In this document: positions 21,795 to 36,869 of the stretch, piece by piece
Numbering within the stretch: the first letter of the stretch is position 1
How the letters are laid out: every line of letters begins with the position of its first letter
Assembly (NCBI GenBank): GCA_964016885.1
Contig: OZ024761.1
Location: forward strand, 25,048,001-25,112,000
Length of the DNA: 64,000 nucleotides
Source: Eledone cirrhosa
Lineage: Eukaryota
Direction of reading: 5' to 3'
Program-made: the position numbers and the translations under genes
Notes under the pieces: generated by a model
The model's input: only the letters and a program-made list of their open reading frames with translations
Database searches by the model: none
Told to the model about the DNA's origin: nothing

Positions 21795-23319
21795 TTACGG
21801 AGTCGATAAAATAAAGTACCAGTAATACACTGGGGTATTTGCTGGCCTTGTGCCAAAAGTAGAAACAATTATTATTAACAGGAGGGTTGGGTTCGGCTAA
21901 TGTTCGTTACGTCGGTCTGCCTTCTGAATTCTAATCCTACAAAGGTTAGCTTTGCCTTTCATTTGTACAGGTTTGATGAAATAAAGTACCAGTAATGCAC
22001 TGGGGCTGATTTAATCGACTTTTCCATCCCCCACAAAAAAAATTGTTTGCCTTGTGCCTAAACCAGAAATCATTATTATTAACAGTAGGTGGATTGGTAC
22101 AACCGGTAGAGCGTCGGACAACATACTTAGCAGCATAGAGTTACAGCCTTTTACGTTCTGAGTAGAAATCGACAAATTTAGCTTTCTCTTTTGTTCTTAC
22201 AGGGTCGATAAAATAAAGTACCAGTAATGCATTGGGGGTCGATTCAATGGACTTTCCAATCCCCTAAATTTGCTGGTCTTGTGCCTAAATGAGAAACCAT
22301 TAAGGGAAGGGATTGGCAGAATCGTTAGTGTCGGAAGACATACTTCGTGGCATAGAGTTAAGACCCATTACTTTATATCAACTCGATAAAATATAATACC
22401 AGTAACGCACCACACAGCGATCAATTTAATCGATTTTTCCTTTCCTTATGAGAAATGTTGACCTTGTGACTAATCCAGAAACCATTATTGCATTAGCAAT
22501 ATCGGTAGAGGGTCAGACGCCAAGCGTTGAAGCATAGAGTTACACCGCTTTACAGTCTGAGTTCAAATCCCGCCGAGGTACACTTTGCCTTACATCATTA
22601 CGGGGTCGATAAAATAAAGTACCAGTCATGCACCGAGATAATTGCTGGCCTTGTCAAAAATAGAAGCAATTATGTACAACAGGTGAATTTGTACACCCGG
22701 TAGAGCATCGGACAACATGCTTAGCAGTATAGAGTTACGGCCTTTTACGTTCTGAGTACAAATCCCCAAAAGATTATCTTTACCTTTTATCCATACAGGC
22801 TTGATAAAATAAAGCACTAGTAAACATAAAATGTTGGCCTTGTGCCTAAATCAGAAGAACTATTATTAACAGGAGGATTGGCAGAAGGTCAGACGCCATA
22901 CTTTGCAGCATAGAGTTACGCCCCTTAATGATCCGAGTCCAAATCCTGCAGAGTTTAACTTTGCCTTTCATCCTTACAGGTTCGATACAATACAGTACCA
23001 GTAATGCCCTCAGATAATTACATCCTTACAGGTTCGATACAATAAAGTACCAGTAATGCCCTGAGATAATTGCTGGCCTTGTGCCCAAAGTAGAAACAAT
23101 TATTTTTATCATTAATTAACTTTGCCTTTCATCCTTACGGGGTCGAGAAAATAAATACCGGTAATGCACTGGGGTAAATGCTGGTCTTATACCCAAAATA
23201 TAGAAACAATTATTATTCGAAGTTAACTTTGCTTGTCATCCTTACGGGGGTGGATAAAATAAAGTACCAGTAATGCAATGGGGTAATTGCTGGTCTTATA
23301 CCCAAAATATAGAAACAAT

Positions 23320-23495
23320 TATTATTATTTATTAAATTTGCGGTAAAATATTATTATTTATTAACTTTGCGGTAAAATATTATTATTTATTAACTTTGCG
23401 GTAAAATATTATTATTTATTAACTTTGCGGTAAAATATTATTATTTATTAACTTTGCGGTAAAATATTATTATTTATTAACTTTGCGATAAAATG
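23320..23495. repeat. 29-bp tandem repeat (about 5.5 copies) derived from a SINE junction
   Basis: TTATTATTTATTAACTTTGCGGTAAAATA repeats with period 29. Confidence 0.9.
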
Positions 23496-23742
23496 AAGTA
23501 CCAGTAATGCACTGGTGAATATTGGCAGTGTGCCAAAAGTAGAAACAAATATTATTAACAGCAGGCTGGTGGAATGTCAGAGTTGTTAGAGCGTCAAACA
23601 AAATGCTTTGCGCTATTTAATTTTGTTATTCATATTATTGAAATTAAATAAAATCCAACTAATTTTGTTTTCTTTTTTTTCTGAACAATTGAAATAACAC
23701 AGAAAGGTGAACAAGAAAATAAAAATATAATTAAAGACTAAC

Positions 23743-23875
23743 CTGTCCGAAGGTGAAGGAACGACCACAAATTACAACATGTACTCCCAATTTTTTTTAC
23801 AGAATGTTCAGGAACGTGAATACGAGTCATGCTCTCATTGGCAATTAGTCTTAGATTGAGCCAATGAATGAGCAG
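23743..23875 (-). promoter_or_regulatory. Possible promoter/first non-coding exon
   Basis: Two inverted CCAAT boxes (ATTGG 23837, CCAAT 23861) in non-repetitive sequence and a minus-strand donor CAG|GTTAGT at 23743. Motif-level evidence only. Confidence 0.2.
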
Positions 23876-24173
23876 ATATTACACTCTCTTTTTATATCAA
23901 TGAAATTGGAGGTTATGAGTTCGATTCTCACCTGTGGATCTTCCTAACAGAGGCAAATCTCGTTGGATAAAATAAAATAAAATATAAATCGTGGATTTGA
24001 TTCGATACGTTCGATACTCCTCCAACCAGAAAATCATGTAATTGTGTTAATAAATAAATAAAAAAATAATATTATTACTATTACAGTACCAGTAATGTAC
24101 TGGAATTGCTGGCCTTGTGCCAAAAGTAGAAACAATTATTACTATTACAGGCGACATGAATAGCCATCTGATA

Positions 24174-24207
<34 letters not shown>

Positions 24208-24944
24208 CATATATATATATAAATGTGTGTGTATGTGTATGTGTTTGTGTGTATGTGTGTGTATGTGCGTGTGTATGTATATATATATATACACACATAT
24301 ATATATATACATGTGTGTGTATGTGTATGTGTGTGTATGTGTGTGTGTGTATATATATGTGTGTGTGTATGTATATATGTATATATATATATATATATGG
24401 ATATACATTGGAATTTCGTATTTCTCAAGAAAACGGTATGATTATAAACAAACATTTAAAAAGCCGGAGCTATGCAAAAACACCCGTGGCTATCACTTGT
24501 TGATGTCCAGGAGAAGCTAGGGGACAATCGTCGATGCATTTTGAACTGAACTCATATGCATATGAAGCTGCATAAGTTGGCTAACTTATAATTGTTTCTA
24601 CTTTAGGCACAAGGCCAGCACATACCCAGTGCATTACTGGTACTTTATTTTATCGACCCCGTAAGGATGAAAGGCAAAGTCAACCTCGGTGGGAAACAGA
24701 ATTAGAATTTAGCTTCAAGCATAGCTGTATAATAGATATAATTCGGAATATGCAGCACCCAGGCCCGGAATCGAAATCACAACTCAAGATTGCGGGGCCA
24801 GCGCTCCAAGCACTAAACTATACCCCTTTACACACACAGTTTTTCAAGAGATATCAACGTGAATGCAGCTATTATTTTTTTCTAAAGACATTTTTTCCAA
24901 TTCCATCCCGCCCGGCCCCTTATTCTATTTTATTTCTCATTCTT

Positions 24945-24980
24945 TCTTCTGATGAAGGACTAGCGTCTGAAACGTTAAGA
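24945..24980 (+). ncRNA. Minimal type I hammerhead motif (Penelope-like)
   Basis: UCUU-CUGAUGA-AGGAC-UAGC-GUCU-GAAA-CG-UU-AAGA; palindromic AACGUU stem III; followed by a T-rich tail and (CA)/(TA)n. Confidence 0.7.
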
Positions 24981-25069
24981 CCCTCTTCCAGCCATATCAA
25001 GCGTTAACCTAATATACACCTTCCATATACTGTACTGATTGTGTTGTTATTTCTGTTTACCTTTTACAT

Positions 25070-25107
<38 letters not shown>

Positions 25108-25183
25108 CGGAGGAAATGTGGTAAGGAACCAGGTGGACCATAACGCACGAAAGTACTCAATACTTAGGGTAGTAGAGTGGGTA

Positions 25184-25242
25184 ATAGGAACGAGTAAGAC
25201 CCCGACGGCTGAGCTCAAGCCGTTTCGACGGCTAATTCTGGA

Positions 25243-25280
<38 letters not shown>

Positions 25281-25329
25281 GCTGTCGAAACGGCTTCGGC
25301 TCAGCCGTCGGGGTCTTACTCGTTCCTAT
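25184..25329. repeat. Foldback inverted repeat (about 50-bp arms, poly-A spacer)
   Basis: ATAGGAACGAGTAAGACCCCGACGGCTGAGC... versus ...GCTCAGCCGTCGGGGTCTTACTCGTTCCTAT. Confidence 0.9.
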
Positions 25330-25490
25330 ATATAAATAACAGATTAATGTTTAAGCAAAGAATCGCAGCTTTCACCCTTAACGGGATCTTCAAATTTATT
25401 ATTATTATTATTATTATTAATATTATTATTATTACAACAAGAAGTACTATCGGCTTGTATTGGCCGATAGTACTTCTTGTTGTTTTAATT

Positions 25491-25528
25491 GCCCTGATGA
25501 GTCCTTAATAGGACGAAACATTGTTGGC
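25491..25528 (+). ncRNA. Minimal type I hammerhead motif preceded by a 21-bp hairpin
   Basis: GCC-CUGAUGA-GUCCU-UAAU-AGGAC-GAAA-C-AUU-GUU-GGC; perfect 21-bp inverted repeat at 25434-25483 immediately upstream; the element ends in (TA)n at about 25680. Confidence 0.75.
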
Positions 25529-25675
25529 TAATAAAGACTTTTCATGTATTGAAGGCTTCTTTGTTTTATTTTCATAATTCTTCGGCTCTGTTTAATTACA
25601 TTGAGCTATACCTTTTACTGTCATTTCTATAATACGAAGAGGGTGTTTAACTCCAACACGCTCCAGTATTTTAAT

Positions 25676-25707
<32 letters not shown>

Positions 25708-25709
<2 letters not shown>

Positions 25710-25965
25710 CCTAGTGGGTGGTTACAGCACTGGGGTAGCATGCTTGAGGTTGTGAGTTCAATTCTAGCCCAGGTGATGCGTTGTCTCCTTGATCATGACA
25801 CTTTCATTTGACGCTGATCTGCTGGCGTAAAGGGGGAAACATGTATGTATGGGTGACAGCTGGTTTTCCACAAGCAACCATGCACTCAACCATGCATCTT
25901 GGAGAAGAACGTTCTAGGTGCAAACTCCGTCATCATTCGTGACCGGAAGAGTTACTTACCGTTTA
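25708..25965 (+). mobile_element. tRNA-derived SINE family B (CORE-like)
   Basis: tRNA-like head with GTGAGTTCAATTC, then TTGTCTCCTTGATCATGACACTT, a variant of GTGTCCTTGAGCAAGACACTT. Confidence 0.75.
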
Positions 25966-25968
25966 GCC

Positions 25969-26003
<35 letters not shown>

Positions 26004-26215
26004 TTTTATACTTTGGAAGTGCATGATGCCAATTAAAGAGACACGCTCCTTGCGATTTCACTTCAATTTATTATGGAGGTTTATATATTGTCAATATTCT
26101 ATGGTCACATATTCTGTGACCACCTCAGTGATTATTTAATGTCTTGTTATTTAATGTCTCTCCTTTATTATCTTATATTGCGTATATATACATATATGCA
26201 TTTGTATATATATAT

Positions 26216-26331
26216 ATAATGGCCCAGAAACAAGGGGATTTTTCCTCGATGCTACATTTAAACGGATGTTGATTGCTGTCAAAACAGAGCATAGTTTAGT
26301 AAGGCCATATATATACATATATACAAATGCA

Positions 26332-26364
<33 letters not shown>

Positions 26365-26468
26365 GGCCTTACTAAACAATGCTCTGTTTTAACAGCAATC
26401 AACATCCGTTTAACTGTAGCATCGAGGAAAAATCCCTCTGTTTCTGGGCCATTATCCTTCGTCAGGAC
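26216..26468. repeat. Inverted repeat (about 95-bp arms, TA spacer) with degenerate HHR core
   Basis: ATAATGGCCCAGAAAC...AGTAAGGCCATAT and its reverse complement; the minus strand at 26432-26468 reads GUC-CUGACGA...GAAAC with a poor stem II. Confidence 0.8.
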
Positions 26469-26745
26469 GGCATACCTTTTTGTCATTCTATCGAACTGTT
26501 GAAAATATATAGTATACATCGGCTGATCTGCTTCATTTACATACCAGACGATTTTACAGCTGGCCTCGCCGAAAATTATATATATATATATATATATATT
26601 CCTGATGATTTCTGATTCCTGATGATTTCTAATGAATGAAACAGTTCTAGTCCTGTAGAATCTCATCTATATTAAAACTTTTATACTCTGCTATGTATTG
26701 AGTACCTTACTTACTGTGGTTACCTCCGATTCAACCCGGAATAAC

Positions 26746-26781
<36 letters not shown>

Positions 26782-26982
26782 GGAGAAAAGAATTGGCTGT
26801 GTAGTTGCTAGTTAAGTAGGGTTAAAAATAAGAAGAAAGCAAGCACGGTGTGGTGGGGAAGTTTTCTCATCGGTTGTCTGCTGGGGGTCTCGGATATTTC
26901 AACGTATGAAATATATATATATATGCATATATTGATGTAGGCATTCAATATACACGGGTGTGTATGATTGTGTATAGAAGAT

Positions 26983-27373
26983 TATATTAATAAGAGGAAT
27001 TCCAACTTTGTCTGATTTACTCGTTTTATTTACAATCCTTTAAAATATATAATGGTATTATAATGAAATAGTATGATAGAATATTAAATGTTAAGTGTTA
27101 ATTGAACAAGTACTTTCATGCTTTCGCAATCTTCAGGTTCATAATATGTGGTGACAGTCAAGTTTGCAATTTTCAACAGTTGAAAGTTGCAAACTTGACT
27201 GTCACCACACATTATGAAACTGAAGATTGCGAAAGCATTAAAGTACTTGTTCAATTAACACTTAACATTTAATATTCTATCATACTATTTCATTATAATA
27301 CCATTATATATTTTAAAGGATTGTAAATAAAACGAGTAAATCAGACAAAGTTGGAATTCCTCTTATTAATATA
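26983..27373. repeat. Near-perfect palindrome of about 390 bp carrying an HHR in each arm
   Basis: About 194-bp arms centred at 27178 (CAAC-A-GTTG) with few mismatches, flanked by TA tracts. Confidence 0.95.
27103..27141 (-). ncRNA. Minimal type I hammerhead motif
   Basis: UGAAC-CUGAAGA-UUGC-GAAA-GCAU-GAAA-GUAC-UU-GUUCA; 5-bp stem I, GNRA-capped stem II, palindromic AAGUACUU. The mirror copy (27215-27253, +) has the core GAAA mutated to UAAA. Confidence 0.75.
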
Positions 27374-27686
27374 TATATATATATGTCTGTGTGCCTGTGC
27401 GGATTTTCCATCAAGCGAATATATTGCAGTGTAATGAGTGTATATATGTAGCAAGAAATGAAAAGAACATAAACTGTTACAGAATTTTCCCTTTATTTAA
27501 CACTTGAAATTTGAATTACAGAAATACAGCTAACATGTATTGTTAGAAAAAGAATGGATTCTTTATAATAATTATATTATTTGGCGGATAACAGCAGAAT
27601 TGATTATCGTAATTGCCATTTTACATAAGACACCATTTCTCAAATATAGTTTTATATATTTTTTAATAGAGTTATACATGAGAGTG

Positions 27687-27732
<46 letters not shown>

Positions 27733-27834
27733 CACGAGTGTGCTTGTATACATTAATACATGTATATATATCCACAATCATATATGCATATATACATGTA
27801 TATATATATATATATGTATATGTATATATATTTT

Positions 27835-27877
<43 letters not shown>

Positions 27878-27936
27878 GTCCATATATATATATATATATA
27901 CAAACATATACATACATATATGTATTACATATATAT

Positions 27937-27972
<36 letters not shown>

Positions 27973-27992
27973 GTGTATACATACACACACAT

Positions 27993-28024
<32 letters not shown>

Positions 28025-28328
28025 CACACATATATATATATTCATTTATGTATATGTGTGTGTAACATGATGAATTGAAGATACACTTAAGGGAAATATA
28101 ACTACCGGTTATTAATTAGAAGACTTAGCTGTAAAAATATTGAACTGTGAAAGTCAAATCCATTGAACTACTCCTCCACACAGAGAAACTATTGAAGTTT
28201 ATGTAGGAAGGGATTCTGGAATCGTGCAACACATCACAATTCTCCCTTTGCAAAGCAAAAGCTTTTAATTCTTATTACAAAAAAACCGGCATTTTACATT
28301 TACCTTACCGTCTTCAATATACAGTGTG

Positions 28329-30430
<2,102 letters not shown>

Positions 30431-31321
30431 AGAGTGTGTCCTTAAACATGTATAGACATTTCAACAGCATTCTAATAAATTTTTGTATACATATTAGGGG
30501 ACAATCTGTATATATATATATACATATTTATCTATGTATAAGGCGCTCCGTCAAGGCCAAATATATGTATATGTGTATGTGTAGGCGTTTGAGTGTATAA
30601 ATGTGTATTCGTATATATGAACGAGAGAAAGACAGACACCGAGAGAGAAAGATAGATATCGAAAGAGAGAGAATATGTTTAGATTGAAGCTTCCTGGTTT
30701 TCCTTATTGCTGCGTATTAGAGATACAGGACATGTGAAAACAAGAAGAGCTGTCCACAAGCTATAATGGATTCGTAGAATCACGGCGTCCGGACGGACGC
30801 ATGCCGTTTCTTGGGTGTTCTTCAACGTAGCGGAGCCCATTAGTCTCTTTGTTCTGACATAGCCGATTCTTACAGAGAAAAAGCAAGAGTGAGAGCGCGG
30901 GATCGATAGAAGAAGATCGTACCCCAATAGTGAACTTGTTGGTAATTTATCAAAATCAAAAGGATAAAAGGCAAATTTGAACTCATTGGTATTTGAACTT
31001 ACAGCGCAGATAGTCAGGTAAATTACTGGTGCTTTTAATGCAGCAGCTTTAAAAGAGCGACAGTTCGCTTCCGATTTCAATTTTACTCCATGTCTATACC
31101 CCAAATCAGAAGGGCTGTTTGTTTCCACAACCATGATCCCATCCCCGGCGTTACTCCGCTGGTTTGTACTGTGGTTTAGCATTGTTGGATTTTGTTATAT
31201 GTATTCTAGTTCTTACAGTTGAAAAGCATTTCCTTCATGTTATTTTAGTATATAGGTGAATCTCATATCTACATTAGAAGAAACAATACGGATCTAAACA
31301 TTCACACACAAGCACACATGC

Positions 31322-31354
<33 letters not shown>

Positions 31355-31382
31355 CATATATATATTATAGAAAGTCATATAA

Positions 31383-31459
<77 letters not shown>

Positions 31460-31975
31460 ATATATATTATAGAAAGTCACAAACATACACACACACATAT
31501 ATATATATATATACACATGTATATATACCTATATATATTATAGAAAGTCATAAACATACACACACACATATATATATATATATATACACATGTATATATA
31601 CATATACACATATGTATTATAGAAAGTCATATAAACACACACACACATATATATATATATACACATATATATATATATATACACTTATATATATATATAT
31701 ATACACTTATATACATATATATATATACACACATATACGCACACTCATAAATGTATATATATATATGTACACATATATTATAGGCACACATATATACGTA
31801 TGTGTAGGAGTAAATCCATGAATATATATATATATGATTTTAACGTATAGAATACACACCATCACACCGCTATTACCTGTCAAACAATCAACTGGTCACT
31901 CGATCATACATCTCTTAACATCTCTTTCACCCTCTCTCCCTGAAACAGCATCAACCCCATTCTAGACAAGACAAT

Positions 31976-32023
<48 letters not shown>

Positions 32024-32755
32024 ATTTACCACACACATTTGTCAAACCTACCTTCCACACTTAGCCCTTAAATCTCATACTAGTATCTCCCAAATAATCT
32101 CTAATTTATTGCTTTTTCTTTTATCTGTCACTACCTCAGACTCTCTACAGGTATCTATGTATGTTTCGAATATGACTTTCATGTTAGCACTAAACCCCCC
32201 ACAGAATCCTTATACGAACACTTACTCACCACCACCACCTTCATAGTCTGTACTTACCTTATCCTTATTTCTTTATATTTTTCCACTTTCTTACTTTTTG
32301 ACTGTATCTTTTTCTTTTTACATTTGTAACTTCTCTACCGATTTATCATATATATTTTATTATAGATGTTATTGTTTTGATTATACGCTATTTCTCTATA
32401 TATAACTTACCTTGAGCGAATTGTTTTTGTATTCTGATGAGTTGGTCAGAGGTGGATAATGTAATGGAGATCGAGTGACGCAACTTCGAGCGATTAGCGA
32501 CCTCTAGACTCACCTGATCAATGAAGCAATTGTCAATACCTGAAATAAATCCCCTTGTTGTACAGCCAACCATGTTACTATTCATTCTTTCACTATTATT
32601 ACTCCAACTATAACCTACATAGGAACTACCGCGAACTCGCTGCCTAACTATGGAAGCATCTCGTTGAGTTAGACAAAGCCGTACGTTAAAACTATTCACA
32701 TCGCAGAGTACTCACAACCTCTATCTGGATTACCTATAACGATAACTTGTTATCC

Positions 32756-32786
<31 letters not shown>

Positions 32787-33560
32787 CTCATACTACTGAG
32801 ATGTCCCTATTTCTACACAGACTTTGATGACAAGTCTTGTATGTAAAGTATTCTCTCCTTTAACCATTGGCTCATACACAATAAATAAAATATTGATTAT
32901 AAATCACAAGATTAAACATTTAATCACAAGATTAAACATAAAAACCTGAGGAGCAACAAAGAGTTATTGGTGCAACCATTAATGTTTACACATTCGTACT
33001 GTATTACTTAATTCTCTCGTTCTTACTTTTCTGTAAACCCAAACATACTGAAATATTCATAACTATATAAAACCTACAATGCATATATATATATATATAT
33101 ATACAGACACACACATTTATATATATACATATATATACACATATACATATTTATACATATATACACATACATATATACACATATACATATTTATATATAC
33201 ACATACACATATACATATATACACATATACATATTTATATATACACATACACATATACATATATACACATATACATATTTATATATACACATACACATAT
33301 ACATATATACACATACATACACATACATATACACATATATACAAAAATATGCATATATACATATGCATATCTATGTGTTCATATACATACATATATATAT
33401 ACTTGTGGAGGCGTGTGTGATTATATAATATAACAATATGATGCAACATTAACATATGAAGGGTTAGTGTGGCACGTACCGGGAAAATAGCTGCAAAACA
33501 CAAATGTACATATATGTATCTATATATATACATATATAGACTTGTGTGTGCATGGGTAGC

Positions 33561-33597
<37 letters not shown>

Positions 33598-33608
33598 TGT
33601 GTATATAA

Positions 33609-33644
<36 letters not shown>

Positions 33645-35506
33645 GCATGTGTATATAAATATATATATATATATACATATATATATGTGTATGTGTGGGT
33701 GTTGGTGTGTGTCCGTATATATATATATATATATAAAGGTTTACATATACATAAATTTATAGATATTTATGTGGCAAATTTTATCAAATATTATCTAATA
33801 ATTATAAGGACATGATTTCTGATTATATATATATATATATATATATATACGAGAGAGAGAGAGAGATGTATACATATGTATGAGTGTTCCTGTGTCTACC
33901 TGTGTATGCTTGTGTTAGCATGCAAATATACATTTGCTTTTATTCCAATATAATATATACATATAATATACTTCCTCAACTCTCTGACATCCATTAATAA
34001 TTTTTATGTTCATTCATGAATATAGATTTGTCTGTTCATAACCCATATTTTATGTTCGTAGACTCTCAATACTTAGCTGTTAACAATCCGTTTTCATCAC
34101 CGTCGTATAACTGCATGTCTTCTCTTTGTGTGTCATATTTATTTGATATTGTCATTATTTTAAGATTGACTAGTTCCATAAATATTTATTTGTGCCTTGG
34201 ATATATATGTGCACAGAGCCGTTTTTTTTTTAAAATTGTTTTGGGTGAAGATTTAGGGGCTATGGTGAATTGTAGAATGGAGGATTTTGGTAGATCTTTT
34301 CATTTTTTTTTCTTCCATTTTGCTAAATGTACTCAATTTTATAATAATTGCTTCACCTCGATCATGTTAACATTTTTATTGCAGCGCTAAATGTATATAT
34401 TCGCAGCATTGGTTACAAAGGAAGCGCAGAAGTTCGCATGTGTGTGTATATACACATATATGTGTATATATATATGTCTATATATATGTGTATATATATA
34501 TAGTAAATATCCTATCAACTGAGTACGTATCTACAGGTGGGATTCATAATGTGTGACACTAGTTTTTCCTCGTGTATTTCTTCCATCACAATAAAAGCAA
34601 TCTTAAAGAAATATATCTAAAGGAGCAGATTCAATACTATATTTTTTTTCTTAAAGCTCGTTGTTGTTAATGGTGCGGGTATAGTTGGCATTTTTTCTAT
34701 TACTTTTAATACTATTATCATTATCATTATTATTTTCTTGGAGTCTTAGTCCTTGATGTTATTAAACTGGAAAAATTTGTTCAAATGAACATAACGCCGC
34801 TAAATGCTGCCTCAGATATTCAGGACGTATCGGAGGGTTGTTGCTGTTTCCAGCAAGCCTGCCTTTTGAAGTGTTCCAAGTTTGAAAACTCGTCTCTTAT
34901 TATTACCATTATTATTATTATTATTATTACTATTGTTGTAATTTTCGGTTACAATGCAATTAACATACATATTATTAATCTTCATTTTATCATAAATATT
35001 TAATTTTTTTATTTTATTTTGCTTAATGCACTTTAACCTTCATTATGTTTGTGTATATATAATATGATATAATATAATATAATTACAGTATGATGCTAAT
35101 TAAAAATTTGTTTTTAAAAGTATGGGGGTATATTTTTTAGTTCACTTTTTTTTTTCTTAACTTCTGTACGTAAAAGTTTAAAGGTTTTGGGGTCAAATTA
35201 CCATCAGCGAAATATCCAATGCGAAGTTGATGATAGGGGAACAATCAAGGAAAGAAAAACACAAAAAAAAAAAACGAAAATATTTTTTAATTATTTTTTC
35301 GTTCTATTTCTTTTTCATTTTTTTCTCTTCTCTTTCTCTCATCTTTTCCTCTTTGTCTTCCTCTCTTTAATACACGTTTTTTTTTTATTTTTTATTTTTA
35401 ACGTTTTTCTCTTTAATTATAATTTTGTTTTTAATTTGTTGTTGTGATATCTTGTTTAATTGATTGTTTGTTTATTCTTTATATATATAAAATATTTAAT
35501 GCATAT

Positions 35507-35820
35507 TCATGGAACAATATTATCATTAATCCGTAGAGCAAAGTTAATGATATTAAGTGGAATAACATGTGTAAAGATATCATTCATAGTTGACATCATC
35601 ATCATCGTTATCATTAACGTTATCATTAACATTGTGAAAAAGCGCGGTGGATTTGTTTTCGACGATGCTGACCGCAGTTTCAATCCCTCGCTGTTACATC
35701 CATTAACACCACAGGTACGAAAACACACGGTTTTCCTGCGTGTTGCTGTAATATTTCGTATGACGCATCTCTCCTCGTAATAAGACACTGCGCAGTCGCG
35801 GGCAAACCGCAGCTGGTTAC
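35507..35820 (-). CDS. Ly6/uPAR (quiver/sleepless-like) protein, last coding exon
   Basis: Acceptor ATTTTATTTTCCTCTTGCAG; phase 1; encodes GNQLRFARDCAVSYYEERCVIRNITATRRKTVCFRTCGVNGCNSEG... with the LU-domain terminal C-x3-C-x4-CN motif, an N-I-T sequon and a hydrophobic segment (FFTMLMITLMITMMMM) consistent with a GPI signal; stop codon at 35507-35509. Confidence 0.88.
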
Positions 35821-35839
35821 CTGCAAGAGGAAAATAAAA

Positions 35840-36600
35840 TAATGTCGGATTTAGGTACAAGGCGAGCAATTTGAAGGGGAGGGGAAAGCTATCCTCGGCG
35901 GGACTTGAACCCAGAAAGTAAAGGGACATAACTTTATGCCACTAAGCATATTTTGCGACGCTCTACCGAGATTGCAAATCCCGCTCTACAGATAATGCCA
36001 ATACTAATATTAATAATAGTTTCTACGTTAGGCACAAGGCCAGCAATTACCCAGTGCATTACTGGTACTTTATTTTATCGACCCCGTAAGGATGAAAGGC
36101 AAAGTCAACCTCGGCGGGATTTGAACTCAGATCGTAAATAATAATATTAATAACAATAATTTCTACTCTAGATACAAGGTGAGCAACTTGAAGGGAGGGA
36201 AAACTCGATTAAATTCGACCCCAGTGCATTACTGGTACTTTATTTTATCGACCCCGTAAGGATGAAAGGCAAAGCAAACCTCGGCGTGATTTGAACTCAG
36301 AAAGTACAGGGCCATAACTCTGTGCCGCTAAACATGTTGTCTGACGCTCTACCGATTCTGTCATTCCACCGCCCTAAATGGTTTTTAATTCAGGCAGAAT
36401 GCTAACAATTTTTGGGGGATTGGAAATTCGATTAAATCAACTCTGGTGCGTTACTGCTCCTTTATTTTATCGAGCGTAATGATGATGAAGGGCAAATCTA
36501 ACCTCAGCGGGATTTGAACGCAGAACGTAAAGGGCCGTAACTCTACGCAGCAGAGCATATTGTCCGACGATCTACCGATACTGCCTATCCACTGCCCCTT
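35840..36600 (-). mobile_element. Family-A SINE cluster filling the intron between the two Ly6-like exons
   Basis: About four reverse-oriented copies of the SINE core and B-box. Confidence 0.85.
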
Positions 36601-36664
36601 AGTAGGGATTAACAATGATAAAATATCGAACCTGTTAAATACTATTCCAATTATGTGGGCTTAC

Positions 36665-36814
36665 CTTCGAAATCCGTTTCCCTGACAATGGAACAGTACT
36701 TAGCATTGGATTCTGGGGGGCACTCCTTTGGTGATGGGGGAAACTGCTCACATTCCGCGTAATAGCTGTCCATCCTGGAGTCACATCGAGAACACCGGAT
36801 CGCACCTTGTACCA
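36665..36814 (-). CDS. Ly6/uPAR (quiver/sleepless-like) protein, internal exon
   Basis: 150-nt exon with acceptor TTTTTTCTCTTTGCCAG and donor GAAG|GTAAGC, phase 1-1; encodes VQGAIRCSRCDSRMDSYYAECEQFPPSPKECPPESNAKYCSIVRETDFE (IxCxxC start, 5 Cys); splices in frame to 35820, giving 10 Cys in total. Confidence 0.9.
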
Positions 36815-36869
36815 CTGGCAAAGAGAAAAAATAAAGGAGAACGTGAAAATTTATAACAATATTGGATAT

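Larger units (their letters stand above)
21160..23620 (+). mobile_element. Head-to-tail cluster of at least 10 family-A SINE copies and fragments
   Basis: Repeated GATAAAATAAAGTACCAGTAAT / GCTGGCCTTGTGCC..AAGTAGAAAC motifs, all in the same orientation. Confidence 0.9.
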
